Shown here: piece after piece, positions 40,903 through 49,927 of the stretch
Layout: each line of letters starts with the position of its first letter
How positions within the stretch are numbered: position 1 is the first letter of the stretch
Origin: Gemmatimonadota bacterium
Lineage (GTDB): Bacteria > Latescibacterota > UBA2968 > UBA8231
Assembly: GCA_028875345.1 (NCBI GenBank)
Contig: JAPPEG010000314.1
Coordinates: 6,505-70,504 of the forward strand
Length of the DNA: 64,000 nucleotides
Direction of reading: 5' to 3'
Program-made: the position numbers and the translations under genes
Notes under the pieces: generated by a model
Seen by the model: the letters and a program-made list of their open reading frames with translations, nothing else
Databases searched by the model: none
What the model was told of the DNA's origin: nothing

Positions 40903-42098
40903 TGCCCGGGCTGTCCGCGCCCGAATACCTCTTGGCGTTTTGTGCGCTGACCTACTTGCTCGGGGCTTGTTGGTTCGTCATCGGAATGCGCTGCCATCGC
41001 GGCCATGCCAATGCCGAGCGCGTCCAGTTAGTCTCGGTCGTCGTCGCCGCCCGCGACGAAGCCGCGCACATCGCATCCTGTCTGCGCGCCCTGCTGGCGC
41101 AGGATTATCCCCAAGATAGCTACGAAATCATCATTGTTGACGACGGCTCCACCGATGGCACTGGCCACATCGTGCGCGAGTTCAACGAGGAAACTGTGTT
41201 CGTGCAATTGCTGCGCACCGAAGGGTCGGGTTCCAAGAAGGCCGCGCTGAGCTTAGGGATCGCCGAAGCGCGGGGGGAGGTGATTCTCACCACGGACGCC
41301 GATTGCCAAGTCGCTCCGGGATGGATCCGCGGCATGTTGTCGCACTTTGCCGACGGGGTAGGCATGGTCATCGGCTTTTCGCAAATCGGTTCGCCGTCCG
41401 AGATCAAGGGTTGGCGTCAGGGATACGAGGCCGTTGACTTCACTTGCTTAATGGCTTGCATATGGGGCAGCGCCGGTTGGGGTCATCCCATGGCGGCTTC
41501 CGGGCAGAATTTGGCCTTTTTGCGGGAGGCGTTTTTCGACGTTGGCGGTTATGAAAAGATCATGCACCGGGCTTCTGGAGACGATGTGCTGCTCATGCAG
41601 GCCATGCGCCGCTCGGGTCGGTGGTCTATTGTCTTTGCCGATCAGCCAGCGACCTTTGTGCGGCATCCAGTGGCAGGATCTTGGGGTGGGTTATTCGGCC
41701 AGCGCAGCCGCTGGGCTTCCAATGCCCCGGTCCTCGCCCGCCTAGATCCGCTTTTTTTCGGCTATATGCTGCTCACATACGCTTTGAACTGGGCGACGCT
41801 CATGGCTCCCTTGCTGTGTTTGGCCAGCTTGCTGGATCCCCTGTGGACTTTAGGCGCGGTGGGGGCAAAAGTGTGGGGCGAGTGGAATGTATTTAATGGC
41901 GGAATATTGCTATCGGGCCGGCGCGAATTGCGCCGCTATTTTCCTCTTTGGGCCTTGTTGCAACCCCTGCACGTAGTTTTAGTCGGCAGCGTTGGCTGCT
42001 TGGGGATTTTCCGCTGGAAGGGCCGCGTCCATTTATGGGGTCGGCGCGTGCGCAGGGCTGGTACCAACGTCGAGCTATCCCAACCGTCCCGACGCTGA
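40902..42098 (+). CDS. Membrane-embedded family-2 glycosyltransferase (canonical QxxRW)
   Basis: The start overlaps the rSAM stop (TAATG). VSVVVAARDEAAHI..IIIVDDGSTDGT, TDADCQV, SGDD, QRSRW. It has N- and C-terminal TM segments. Confidence 0.8.
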   Translation: MPGLSAPEYLLAFCALTYLLGACWFVIGMRCHRGHANAERVQLVSVVVAARDEAAHIASCLRALLAQDYPQDSYEIIIVDDGSTDGTGHIVREFNEETVFVQLLRTEGSGSKKAALSLGIAEARGEVILTTDADCQVAPGWIRGMLSHFADGVGMVIGFSQIGSPSEIKGWRQGYEAVDFTCLMACIWGSAGWGHPMAASGQNLAFLREAFFDVGGYEKIMHRASGDDVLLMQAMRRSGRWSIVFADQPATFVRHPVAGSWGGLFGQRSRWASNAPVLARLDPLFFGYMLLTYALNWATLMAPLLCLASLLDPLWTLGAVGAKVWGEWNVFNGGILLSGRRELRRYFPLWALLQPLHVVLVGSVGCLGIFRWKGRVHLWGRRVRRAGTNVELSQPSRR

Positions 42099-42112
42099 AG
42101 AAGGAAGTCGAA

Positions 42113-42763
42113 GTGGGGGAACGAGAAGTCGAGCGGGCACAGATCGTCTGTAAAGAACTAAAAAAAACCATTCCCGCAGCGAGGGTGGAGCTCAACTACA
42201 GCAATCCTTTGGAACTGATGGTGGCCACTGTGCTCGCGGCGCAGAGCACGGATGTCAAGGTCAACGAAGTTACCGCAGTGCTATTCAAAAAATACCAGTG
42301 CGCAGCCGACTACGTGGCGGTGGAAGCCGAGGAGTTGGAGGAAGATATCCGCTCGACTGGTTTCTATCGGCAAAAGGCCAAAAACATCCGCGCGGCTATG
42401 GCCATGCTCATTGACGAGCACGATGGCCAAGTCCCCGGGCACATGGACGCCTTGACTCGCTTGCCTGGCATTGGTCGCAAAAGTGCCAATGTCATCCTCG
42501 GTAACGTATATGGGGTGCCCGGCATCGTGGTAGATACGCACGTAGGTCGGGTGAGTCGGCGCTTGGGACTGACCGCAGAAAGGGATCCAGGCAAGGTCGA
42601 AATGGCCTTGGCCCAACTACTGCCGGACGAGGAGTGGACGGCTTTTGGACAGCGCGTGGTTTTGCACGGTCGCTACGTGTGTAAGGCGCGCAAGCCCCTG
42701 TGCAACGAATGCACACTCATGCCGCATTGCGATTATTTTGCCAGCCAGATCGAGAGGACTTAG
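42113..42763 (+). CDS. nth: Endonuclease III
   Basis: The GTG at 42113 lies 6 nt after GAAGGAAG. LNYSNPLELMVATVLAAQSTDVKVN, HhH-GPD LPGIGRKSANVIL, and 4Fe-4S cysteines CKARKPLCNECTLMPHC. Confidence 0.85.
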   Translation: MGEREVERAQIVCKELKKTIPAARVELNYSNPLELMVATVLAAQSTDVKVNEVTAVLFKKYQCAADYVAVEAEELEEDIRSTGFYRQKAKNIRAAMAMLIDEHDGQVPGHMDALTRLPGIGRKSANVILGNVYGVPGIVVDTHVGRVSRRLGLTAERDPGKVEMALAQLLPDEEWTAFGQRVVLHGRYVCKARKPLCNECTLMPHCDYFASQIERT

Positions 42764-44040
42764 CGGCGCGGTTGCGGCAGGCGTTTGAGGACGGCTGTTA
42801 CTTCTGCAGGCGTCTGCGAGGCGAGCATGTCGCGATGGGTAGTATCGGTATGCATCAAGGTCGCGATCTGGGCGAGGATTGGGATGTAACTGCGGTAGTT
42901 TTGTTCCGGGGTCAGCAGCAGGAAGATGAAGTGCACCGGCTCCGGGGTGGGACCTTCAAAGTCGATGCCTTGCCGGCAAATCCCCAAGCAGCCGATGATC
43001 CCATCCAGATCGGGGATGGGCGCATGGGGGATGGCCGTACTGTGCCCTAGCGAGGTTGAGCCTTTGCGCTCGCGGTCGAGTGCTGCCGCGAGCACGGTCT
43101 GGCGTTCGCTGGCGGGGATTTGCTTTTCTTCTATTAACGCATCGACCATCTGGGCGATGGCATCCCACTTGTCTTTGGGGGTGAGGTTCAAGCGGATAGT
43201 ATGCTCCCAGAAAATGCGACTTAGCTGAAGGTCGTTGGCCGCGGCTGAGCGGACCATTAGTACCGAACAGGGCACCTGATAGGCAATCTCGTCCGGGATG
43301 GAGCCAGCGAGGTGTTCCTCTTGACGCCAGTCGTTTGAAGCACCGAGCACGATCAAATCGTGGCTTTGCGCTCTTTCGACGATGGCCGGGACTACATTGA
43401 CGGCCGGGATTACAGTCAACGGCACATCTATTTTCAGCAATTCCAGCTGCAAGCGTGTGTCTGCGGCTAGCTGCGAACAGTAGCGCTGGAGAATCGGGTC
43501 GGAGGGGTCGCGGGAGTCGCGGACGATGCGGAGAATTTCCAGTTCGGCTCCCCAGTTCTGGGCCAGATCGTAGGCGATCTGCACGCCGACCAACGCGTGA
43601 TTGCCGCCGCCGAAAGGTACGAGAATCCGGTGTACCGGCCCGCGCTTTTTTTCTTTGAAGATCAGGGTGTCGACGTCGGTGTCCTTGGTGAGGGCACGAT
43701 TGGGCGCAGAAAGGATGGCGGCGCGCTCGACATCGCCTTTCCAGGCCATGAGCATCATGTTGCAACTCCAGCGGCGGATGGCCTGCTGAATGGCACTCGT
43801 TACGTCTGCGCCCTCTTCGAGATGCGCAATTGCGCCAATATTGCGGGTCATGGCCCGGTCGGCCAAAGCAGCAAGTGCTTGGTCTATATCGGGTATAGGC
43901 TCGGCGTCGGGAGTGAGGATGTGGGTCAGGTGCAGTTCACCCCAAGGAGGAACGGCCAAGCTCGTGGCCAGATCGACGAGATTGTGCTCTTGGTGCGGAT
44001 TTTCGAGAGGGACCAGGATGCGAAGTTGAGCAGGTGACAT
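42760..44040 (-). CDS. Fusion protein: tandem universal-stress-protein (Usp) domains plus PTS EIIA(Ntr/Fru)-type domain
   Basis: Two Usp-like units (ILVPLENP.., ILVPFGGGNH..VLGASN..VLMVR). They are followed by an EIIA type-2 block KDKWDAIAQMVDAL..RERKGSTSLGHSTAIPHAP..FIFLLL with the phosphorylatable His. Confidence 0.7.
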   Translation of the reverse strand: MSPAQLRILVPLENPHQEHNLVDLATSLAVPPWGELHLTHILTPDAEPIPDIDQALAALADRAMTRNIGAIAHLEEGADVTSAIQQAIRRWSCNMMLMAWKGDVERAAILSAPNRALTKDTDVDTLIFKEKKRGPVHRILVPFGGGNHALVGVQIAYDLAQNWGAELEILRIVRDSRDPSDPILQRYCSQLAADTRLQLELLKIDVPLTVIPAVNVVPAIVERAQSHDLIVLGASNDWRQEEHLAGSIPDEIAYQVPCSVLMVRSAAANDLQLSRIFWEHTIRLNLTPKDKWDAIAQMVDALIEEKQIPASERQTVLAAALDRERKGSTSLGHSTAIPHAPIPDLDGIIGCLGICRQGIDFEGPTPEPVHFIFLLLTPEQNYRSYIPILAQIATLMHTDTTHRDMLASQTPAEVTAVLKRLPQPRR

Positions 44041-44205
44041 CTTCGTTGTAAAGCTGCAAACCAAGGACTAGTCCAAGCAACACATTACTTGTAGAATTAA
44101 ATATAAGACAGACCGCCATCTTTTCCAGCCTTCTTTCTACTAAGGTGGGGTTGCTAGTGGTCGGGCAGTGCGGTTTGTTGTTGACAATTCAACTGGGAGG
44201 TTTGT

Positions 44206-45183
44206 GTGAGAATATTGATTACTGGCATTACCGGCCGCATTGGTGCCAACTTAGCCACCCAACTCGTCGAGCGCGGACACCAACTCCGCGGGTTGGTCTG
44301 GCCTCGAGACCCGAGGGTGGAAAATCTCAAAAAGATGCAGATCGAACTCGTCAAGGGGAGTTTGACTGATCCGGCCGCAGTCGAGCAGGCGGTCGATGGG
44401 GTCGAGGCCGTCTATCACTTAGGGGCGGCCTTTCAGGGCGGTGGCCCCTTTACCGACGAGGAGTTTTTTGAGATTAACGTGCGCGGCACCTTCAACATGT
44501 TGGAGGCCGTGCGCCGGGTGAAGGGGATAGGCCAATTCCTGTTCGCCAGTTCGGACGCGCTCTACGACAAATACGTCCCCGGCGGCATGAGCGTGCCCAT
44601 TGATGAACAGACGCTGCGCGTGCCCAAGGGAGCGTATGCCTTGACTAAGGCGCTGGGCGAGGAATTGTGCAACGGCTATTGGCAGGGCTACCAAGTGCCG
44701 ACGACTATTTTGCGTTTCGCCATGGTCTGGGCGGCCGACGAAATGTTGCAGTTTCCGCAGTTCTATTTGAGCAAGATGAAGGAGGTACACCCGGAACTAG
44801 CGGCCCTGTGGCAGGGTGAGGAATGCGCGGTGCTGCTAAAAGACCAGCAGGATCGTCCCTTCAAAAAGCACATCGCCGATGTGCGCGACATCGTACATGG
44901 CTGCCTCTGCGCCTTGGGTAAAGAAAGGGCGTTGGGCGAGACCTTCCAGCTAGCGGGCCCGCGCCCTTTCACTTGGGACGAGGTTAGTTACCGACTCGCC
45001 GAATTGCGCGGCATACCCCACGTCGAAGCGGCTGTACAGGCCACTCCTACCTTTTACGAGTTCAACCTGCACAAGGCTGAGGAATACCTAGGATTTAGCC
45101 CTAGTTACGACATCGTGCGGATGATGGTCGATGCGCTTAACTACCAGCGCGGCGAAGACATTGGGGTGTTGCCGCACGGCTGA
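44206..45183 (+). CDS. NAD-dependent epimerase/dehydratase family protein
   Basis: The GTG start follows GGGAGG. Rossmann motif ILITGITGRIGANL and catalytic YALTK. Confidence 0.8.
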   Translation: MRILITGITGRIGANLATQLVERGHQLRGLVWPRDPRVENLKKMQIELVKGSLTDPAAVEQAVDGVEAVYHLGAAFQGGGPFTDEEFFEINVRGTFNMLEAVRRVKGIGQFLFASSDALYDKYVPGGMSVPIDEQTLRVPKGAYALTKALGEELCNGYWQGYQVPTTILRFAMVWAADEMLQFPQFYLSKMKEVHPELAALWQGEECAVLLKDQQDRPFKKHIADVRDIVHGCLCALGKERALGETFQLAGPRPFTWDEVSYRLAELRGIPHVEAAVQATPTFYEFNLHKAEEYLGFSPSYDIVRMMVDALNYQRGEDIGVLPHG

Positions 45184-45335
45184 GGCTCAGGTCTCGTGCG
45201 GCACCAAATATGGGATTGCGGTCGATGACAAGAATTTTGTACAATGCAATGGCTCTGGACGAGTTTGAGGCTGGGCAAAGGCTTACGGCCTTAAAAATTA
45301 AGGGTGTGCTATACCTGCGCTAGCTAGGGAATTGC

Positions 45336-45365
45336 TTGACAATCCCAGCGACGCTGGCTTATACT
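45336..45365 (+). promoter_or_regulatory. Sigma-70-type promoter of the M20 amidohydrolase operon
   Basis: TTGACA-N18-TATACT, about 25 nt upstream of the ATG at 45391. Confidence 0.6.
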
Positions 45366-45390
45366 GGCCGACCTAAAAAGACGGGGATTT

Positions 45391-46746
45391 ATGCGGAGCA
45401 AAGAGGAATTAAAGGCCGCTGTGTGTGCGGCCATTGATCAACAGAGCGAGCAAATCATCGGGTTGGGAGAGGCCATCATGGACCAACCTGAATTGGGCTT
45501 TAAAGAAGAGCAGACGGCCCGCCGCGTCCGCGAAAGTTTTGCCGATCTCGGATTGCAGTACGAGCGGGAACTGGCACTGACCGGCGTGAAGGCTCGGCTT
45601 AAGGGGAAACAATTAGGTCCGACCGTGGCCCTGATGGGCGAGCTCGACGCGCTCATCGTGCCTGATCACCCGCGTGCCGACCCAGCAACTGGGGCGGCAC
45701 ACGCTTGTGGTCACAACGCCCAGATCGCCGGGATGGTAGGGGCCGCTTATGGGCTAGTCGAGGCCGGCGTCAGCGAGGAACTGGCCGGAGAAATCGCGTT
45801 TTTCGCTGTCCCCGCCGAAGAATATGTCGAGATAGACTACCGTTTAGGACTGGTCGAGGAAGGCAAGATCGCGTTTCTCGGGGGCAAGCCCGAACTGGTC
45901 GAATTGGGCCACTTCGACGACGTAGATATGGCCGTGATGATCCACACCAAGAGTTCGGTCCAGAACGAGGGGGCGGTGGGGATCGCCCGTTCGTCCAATG
46001 GCTTCTTGGCCAAGAATGTGCGTTTCATTGGCCGGGCCGCCCACGCCGGGGGCGCGCCGGAGAAAGGCATCAACGCGCTCAGCGCAGCGACGCTCGCTCT
46101 CAGTGCGATTGACGCTCAGCGCGAGACCTTCCGCGACCAGGATTGCGTGCGGGTGCATCCGATCATTACGAAGGGGGGCGATCTGGTCAATATCATTCCG
46201 GCTGAGGTACGGCTGGAGACCTATGTCCGCGCCCGCACCACCGAGGCGATGCTGGATGCATCTCACAAGGTTGATCGGGCGCTGCGGGGAGCGGCGGTTG
46301 CCCTCGGCTGCTCGGTTGAAATCGAAACTGTGCCTGGATACCTGCCGCTGTGCAATGATCCCGATTTAGGGGAACTTTTCAAGGACAATGCCGCGCGAAT
46401 TTTTGGCCCGGATCAGTACCGGGATTATCCTCACGGCGGCGGCTCCACCGACGCGGGCGACCTCAGTCAGATCATGCCCGTGCTGCACCCGGCTATGACC
46501 GGAGCCAGCGGCGTAATCCACGGGCCTGATTGGGGCATCGCCGACCCTGCCGCTGGGTACCTCGCCCCGGCCAAGGTCTTGGCCATGATGGCTATTGATC
46601 TATTGTACGGCGATGCATCCACAGCCCAAGATATCCTGCAGAATCATGCGCCCAACATGAGCAAGGGCGAGTATCTCCAACAGCAAAAGGCACTCTTTCA
46701 CCGGGAGCTCTTCGCCGGTGATCAGACAGGGAGGAATGCAACGTGA
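45391..46746 (+). CDS. M20-family amidohydrolase/peptidase
   Basis: Metal-ligand block AHACGHNAQIAG. Overall length and dimerisation-domain pattern fit the M20D family. Confidence 0.65.
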   Translation: MRSKEELKAAVCAAIDQQSEQIIGLGEAIMDQPELGFKEEQTARRVRESFADLGLQYERELALTGVKARLKGKQLGPTVALMGELDALIVPDHPRADPATGAAHACGHNAQIAGMVGAAYGLVEAGVSEELAGEIAFFAVPAEEYVEIDYRLGLVEEGKIAFLGGKPELVELGHFDDVDMAVMIHTKSSVQNEGAVGIARSSNGFLAKNVRFIGRAAHAGGAPEKGINALSAATLALSAIDAQRETFRDQDCVRVHPIITKGGDLVNIIPAEVRLETYVRARTTEAMLDASHKVDRALRGAAVALGCSVEIETVPGYLPLCNDPDLGELFKDNAARIFGPDQYRDYPHGGGSTDAGDLSQIMPVLHPAMTGASGVIHGPDWGIADPAAGYLAPAKVLAMMAIDLLYGDASTAQDILQNHAPNMSKGEYLQQQKALFHRELFAGDQTGRNAT

Positions 46747-47507
46747 AGCTCGGCATGGTGACCTACAACTTGGGCCGCGATTGGGATTTAGAGACGCTGA
46801 TCACCCATTGCGAAGAAGCTGGTTTTGCTGGAGTTGAACTGCGGACGACGCATGCCCACGGGGTGGAAGTGGCGCTCAGTGCAGCTAAGCGGGCCGAGGT
46901 CAAGAGGCGTTTTGTCAACTCGGCGGTCGAACTGGTAGGGTTGGGCAGCGCTTTTGAATACGACGCTGTCGATCCACAGGTCCTGCGAAGTCACATCGAC
47001 GGGACCAAAGAATACGTGCGCTTGGCCCATGATCTCGGAGTCGGCGGGGTCAAGGTGCGTCCCAACAACGTCCACGTAGATGAGGGGATTCCCATCGAAC
47101 AGACCTTGGAGCAGATCGGCGTTAGTTTGCGCGAGTGCGGTGAATTTGCCCGTGACTTAGAGGTGCAGATTCGCTTGGAGGTCCACGGCCGCACGACTTC
47201 GGACCCAGCCAACATACGCAAAATCCTCGACTACGCCGACCACGACAACGTCTTCGTCTGCTGGAACTCCAATGCAACGGACCTAGTCAATGGCTCCATT
47301 GACGGCAGTTTCGCCTCCTTGCAGGACGCCATTGCCTTGGTCCACATTACCGAGTTGTGGAGCGATTACCCGTGGGAGCGGCTCTTTACCCTACTGCGGC
47401 AGAGTGGCTATGCCGGTTATTGCCTCGCCGAAATTCCCGAAAGTCCAGACCCCCTGCGCCTGATGCGCTATTATCGAGCCTTGTGGCAGGCCCTCGCCAA
47501 AGGCTAG
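46743..47507 (+). CDS. Xylose-isomerase-like TIM-barrel protein (sugar phosphate isomerase/epimerase family)
   Basis: The GTG overlaps the upstream stop (GTGA). The pattern FAGVELR..HG.. ..LEVH.. ..H..E matches AP-endonuclease-2/TIM-barrel family members. Confidence 0.6.
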   Translation: MKLGMVTYNLGRDWDLETLITHCEEAGFAGVELRTTHAHGVEVALSAAKRAEVKRRFVNSAVELVGLGSAFEYDAVDPQVLRSHIDGTKEYVRLAHDLGVGGVKVRPNNVHVDEGIPIEQTLEQIGVSLRECGEFARDLEVQIRLEVHGRTTSDPANIRKILDYADHDNVFVCWNSNATDLVNGSIDGSFASLQDAIALVHITELWSDYPWERLFTLLRQSGYAGYCLAEIPESPDPLRLMRYYRALWQALAKG

Positions 47508-47516
47508 CGATGGGCG

Positions 47517-48368
47517 ATGCCTGAGATCTCGTATGTCAACGGCCGCTTTTGTCCATTGGCCGAAGCCGTGGTGTCGGTCGAGGATCGGGGCTATCAGTTC
47601 GCCGATGGGGTCTATGAGGTCGTTGGGACCTATGGAGGGCGTCCTTATGCCTTAGAGCCGCATTTGGCGCGCCTCCAGGGCAACCTAACAGCACTGCACT
47701 TGCCGTTGGATATCCGCGAATATGGCCTTAAGGCCAAGCTGATGGAGGGCATTGAGCGGAGCGGTTTTGGCGAGACCTTGGTCTATATCCAAGTCACGCG
47801 GGGAGTCGCCCCTAGGCAGCACGAGTTTCCCGCTGTCCCGATTGATCCCACTGTCGTAATGACGTTTAAGGAATTGCGGCGTCATTCACGGGACCTCTAC
47901 GACCGTGGCGTCGAAATCATTAGCACCGAAGACTTGCGCTGGAAGCGCTGCAATATCAAAAGCATCGCCTTACTGCCCAATATCTTGGCCAAACAGGCGG
48001 CGACGCAAGTGGGGGCTTTTGAGGCGCTGCTGGTCGATGCAGAAGGCCGGGTCACCGAAGGAGCTTCGACCAGTGCCTTCTGCGTCCAAGAAGGACGATT
48101 GTGTACTGCGCCTATTGGTCCCCACATTCTGCCAAGTATTACTAGAGAGATTCTTCTCAATTTAGCTCGCAAGCTCGGCATACCCATCAACGAAGAGTTT
48201 TGCACGCTCGATCAATTTAAGGAAGCCGACGAAGTCTTTCTCGCTGGTACTACTACCGAGGCGATGCCGGTGATACAGATCGATGATGTCGTTATCGGCG
48301 ATGGTATGCCGGGGCTGATTACGCAGCAGATCCGCGCCGCGTTTCTAGCGTCACTGGATTTGACCTGA
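47517..48368 (+). CDS. dat: Class IV (D-amino-acid / branched-chain) aminotransferase
   Basis: VNGRF..VSVEDRGYQFADGVYEV.. and the catalytic-Lys region RCNIKSIALLPNILA. This fits D-alanine aminotransferase best. Confidence 0.7.
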   Translation: MPEISYVNGRFCPLAEAVVSVEDRGYQFADGVYEVVGTYGGRPYALEPHLARLQGNLTALHLPLDIREYGLKAKLMEGIERSGFGETLVYIQVTRGVAPRQHEFPAVPIDPTVVMTFKELRRHSRDLYDRGVEIISTEDLRWKRCNIKSIALLPNILAKQAATQVGAFEALLVDAEGRVTEGASTSAFCVQEGRLCTAPIGPHILPSITREILLNLARKLGIPINEEFCTLDQFKEADEVFLAGTTTEAMPVIQIDDVVIGDGMPGLITQQIRAAFLASLDLT

Positions 48369-48391
48369 GCTAAAGAACAGTAACGGCATAC

Positions 48392-48425
48392 AAAAAGGGG
48401 GACGCTTCGGCTGCGTCCCCCTTTT
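48392..48425. terminator. Bidirectional rho-independent terminator between convergent dat and aldehyde dehydrogenase genes
   Basis: AAAAA-GGGGGACGC-ttcggct-GCGTCCCCC-TTTT. It has a 9-bp GC-rich stem, a 7-nt loop, and A/T runs on both sides. Confidence 0.85.
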
Positions 48426-48444
48426 GTGTTGTTGTCAGAGATTT

Positions 48445-49860
48445 TTAATGGATGACGACCATTTTGGTTTCGGTCATTTCCTCTACCGCGTATCGGGGCC
48501 CCTCTTTGCCCATGCCGCTTTCCTTGAGGCCGCCGTAGGGCATCAGATCGGCGCGCCACTGAGTGCCCCAGTTGATGTGGATGTTGCCCGATTCCACCTG
48601 CTGGGCAAACTGGAGGGCCCAGTTGAGGTTCTCGGTGAAGATTGCGGCGCTGAGACCATAGTTGGTGTCGTTGGCCATGGCGATGGCTTGGTCGATATCG
48701 TCGATCCGGCTGATGCCGAGCGCTGGGCCGAAAATCTCGTCACAGGAGACCTTCATCTCTGGTGCCACGTCGGCTAGGATGGTCGGAGCGTGCATCGTGC
48801 CCTCGCGGGTGCCGCCCGTGACGACGCTGGCCCCAGCCCCAACGGCTTCTTGGACCCAAGCCTCAACGCGTTCGGCGTCTTGGACGCGGATCATAGGCCC
48901 CATCTTGACGTCGTCGTCGAGGGGATTGCCGATCGTCAGGGCCTCGACTGCGGGTTTGAGGGCATCGATAAAATCCCCGTACACCTCGCTGCTGGCGAAT
49001 ACCCGCTGAGTCGAGATGCAGACTTGGCCAGCGTTGGCAAAGCCGGTATTGGCGGTGGCGGCGGCGACCTTTTCGAGATCGGCGTCCGGCATGACAATCA
49101 GCGGGGAATTGGAACCCAGTTCCATGGTCACTTTCTTTAGGCCAGCGACCTGACAGATGTGTTCGCCGACATCGCGGCTGCCCGTGAAGCTGATTTTGCG
49201 GACCTTGGGATTGGAACTGATCGCATCGCCAATGACGCCGCCCGAACCCGTGACGCATTGAATGGCTTCCGCTGGCAGGCCCGCGTCGACAAAAATCTCG
49301 GTAAGTTTGAGGGCCGAAAGCGGGGTGTCGCTGGCGGGCTTGACGATGATAGAATTACCGGCGGCTAGCGCGGGCCCGACTTTGTGGCAGACGAGGTTGA
49401 GCGGGAAGTTAAAGGGCGTAATCGCGGCTACCACGCCGCAGGGGACCCGCAGCGTAAAGCCGAATTTGCCCGCCCCATTAGAGGCCCCGCTCAGGTCGAG
49501 CGTTTCGCCAGTCAGGCGCTTGGCTTCCTCGGCAGACAGGACGATGGTCTCTTGGGCTCGGGACGCCTCGCCCATGCCCTCGGCGAGGATTTTGCCTTCT
49601 TCGAGGGTAATCGTGCGCCCTAGGTCGTCGAGCCGCTCTAGCATTAGATCGGCCGCGCGATGGATGATCTCGTAGCGCTCATGGGCGCTCATTGCGGCCA
49701 TGACCTTGGCACCGCGCTCAGCCGAGTCAATGGCGCGGTTGATGTCTGCGGCGTCGCCTCTTGGGACGGTGTCGACGACTGAGCCATCGTAGGGGTTGAC
49801 GACGTCCATGGTTTCGGCTTTGTCAACCCATTCTCCGGCGATGTACATCTTCATAGTCAA
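48445..49860 (-). CDS. NAD(P)-dependent aldehyde dehydrogenase
   Basis: FTGSRDVG, MELGSNSP (catalytic Glu) and GQVCISTQR (catalytic Cys). Confidence 0.85.
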   Translation of the reverse strand: MTMKMYIAGEWVDKAETMDVVNPYDGSVVDTVPRGDAADINRAIDSAERGAKVMAAMSAHERYEIIHRAADLMLERLDDLGRTITLEEGKILAEGMGEASRAQETIVLSAEEAKRLTGETLDLSGASNGAGKFGFTLRVPCGVVAAITPFNFPLNLVCHKVGPALAAGNSIIVKPASDTPLSALKLTEIFVDAGLPAEAIQCVTGSGGVIGDAISSNPKVRKISFTGSRDVGEHICQVAGLKKVTMELGSNSPLIVMPDADLEKVAAATANTGFANAGQVCISTQRVFASSEVYGDFIDALKPAVEALTIGNPLDDDVKMGPMIRVQDAERVEAWVQEAVGAGASVVTGGTREGTMHAPTILADVAPEMKVSCDEIFGPALGISRIDDIDQAIAMANDTNYGLSAAIFTENLNWALQFAQQVESGNIHINWGTQWRADLMPYGGLKESGMGKEGPRYAVEEMTETKMVVIH

Positions 49861-49927
49861 CTTCCTTTTTAAAGTGGATGGTAAGTAATCAACAAGTTAA
49901 GTACGCGCTTTTACCTGTCAAGCGAGC

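Noticed and set aside
44183-44188. TTGACA 18 nt upstream of the epimerase GTG start as a promoter
   Set aside because: There is no acceptable -10 hexamer at 16-19 nt spacing, and the element would leave no room for the GGGAGG RBS-containing leader.
45184-45335. Possible small RNA or riboswitch in the 200-bp gap before the M20 amidohydrolase gene
   Set aside because: It contains only a short 5-bp hairpin (AAGGCttacgGCCTT) and an 8-nt palindrome (TTGTACAA). I recognise no structure matching a known riboswitch class, and the consensus promoter lies at the 3' end of the gap.
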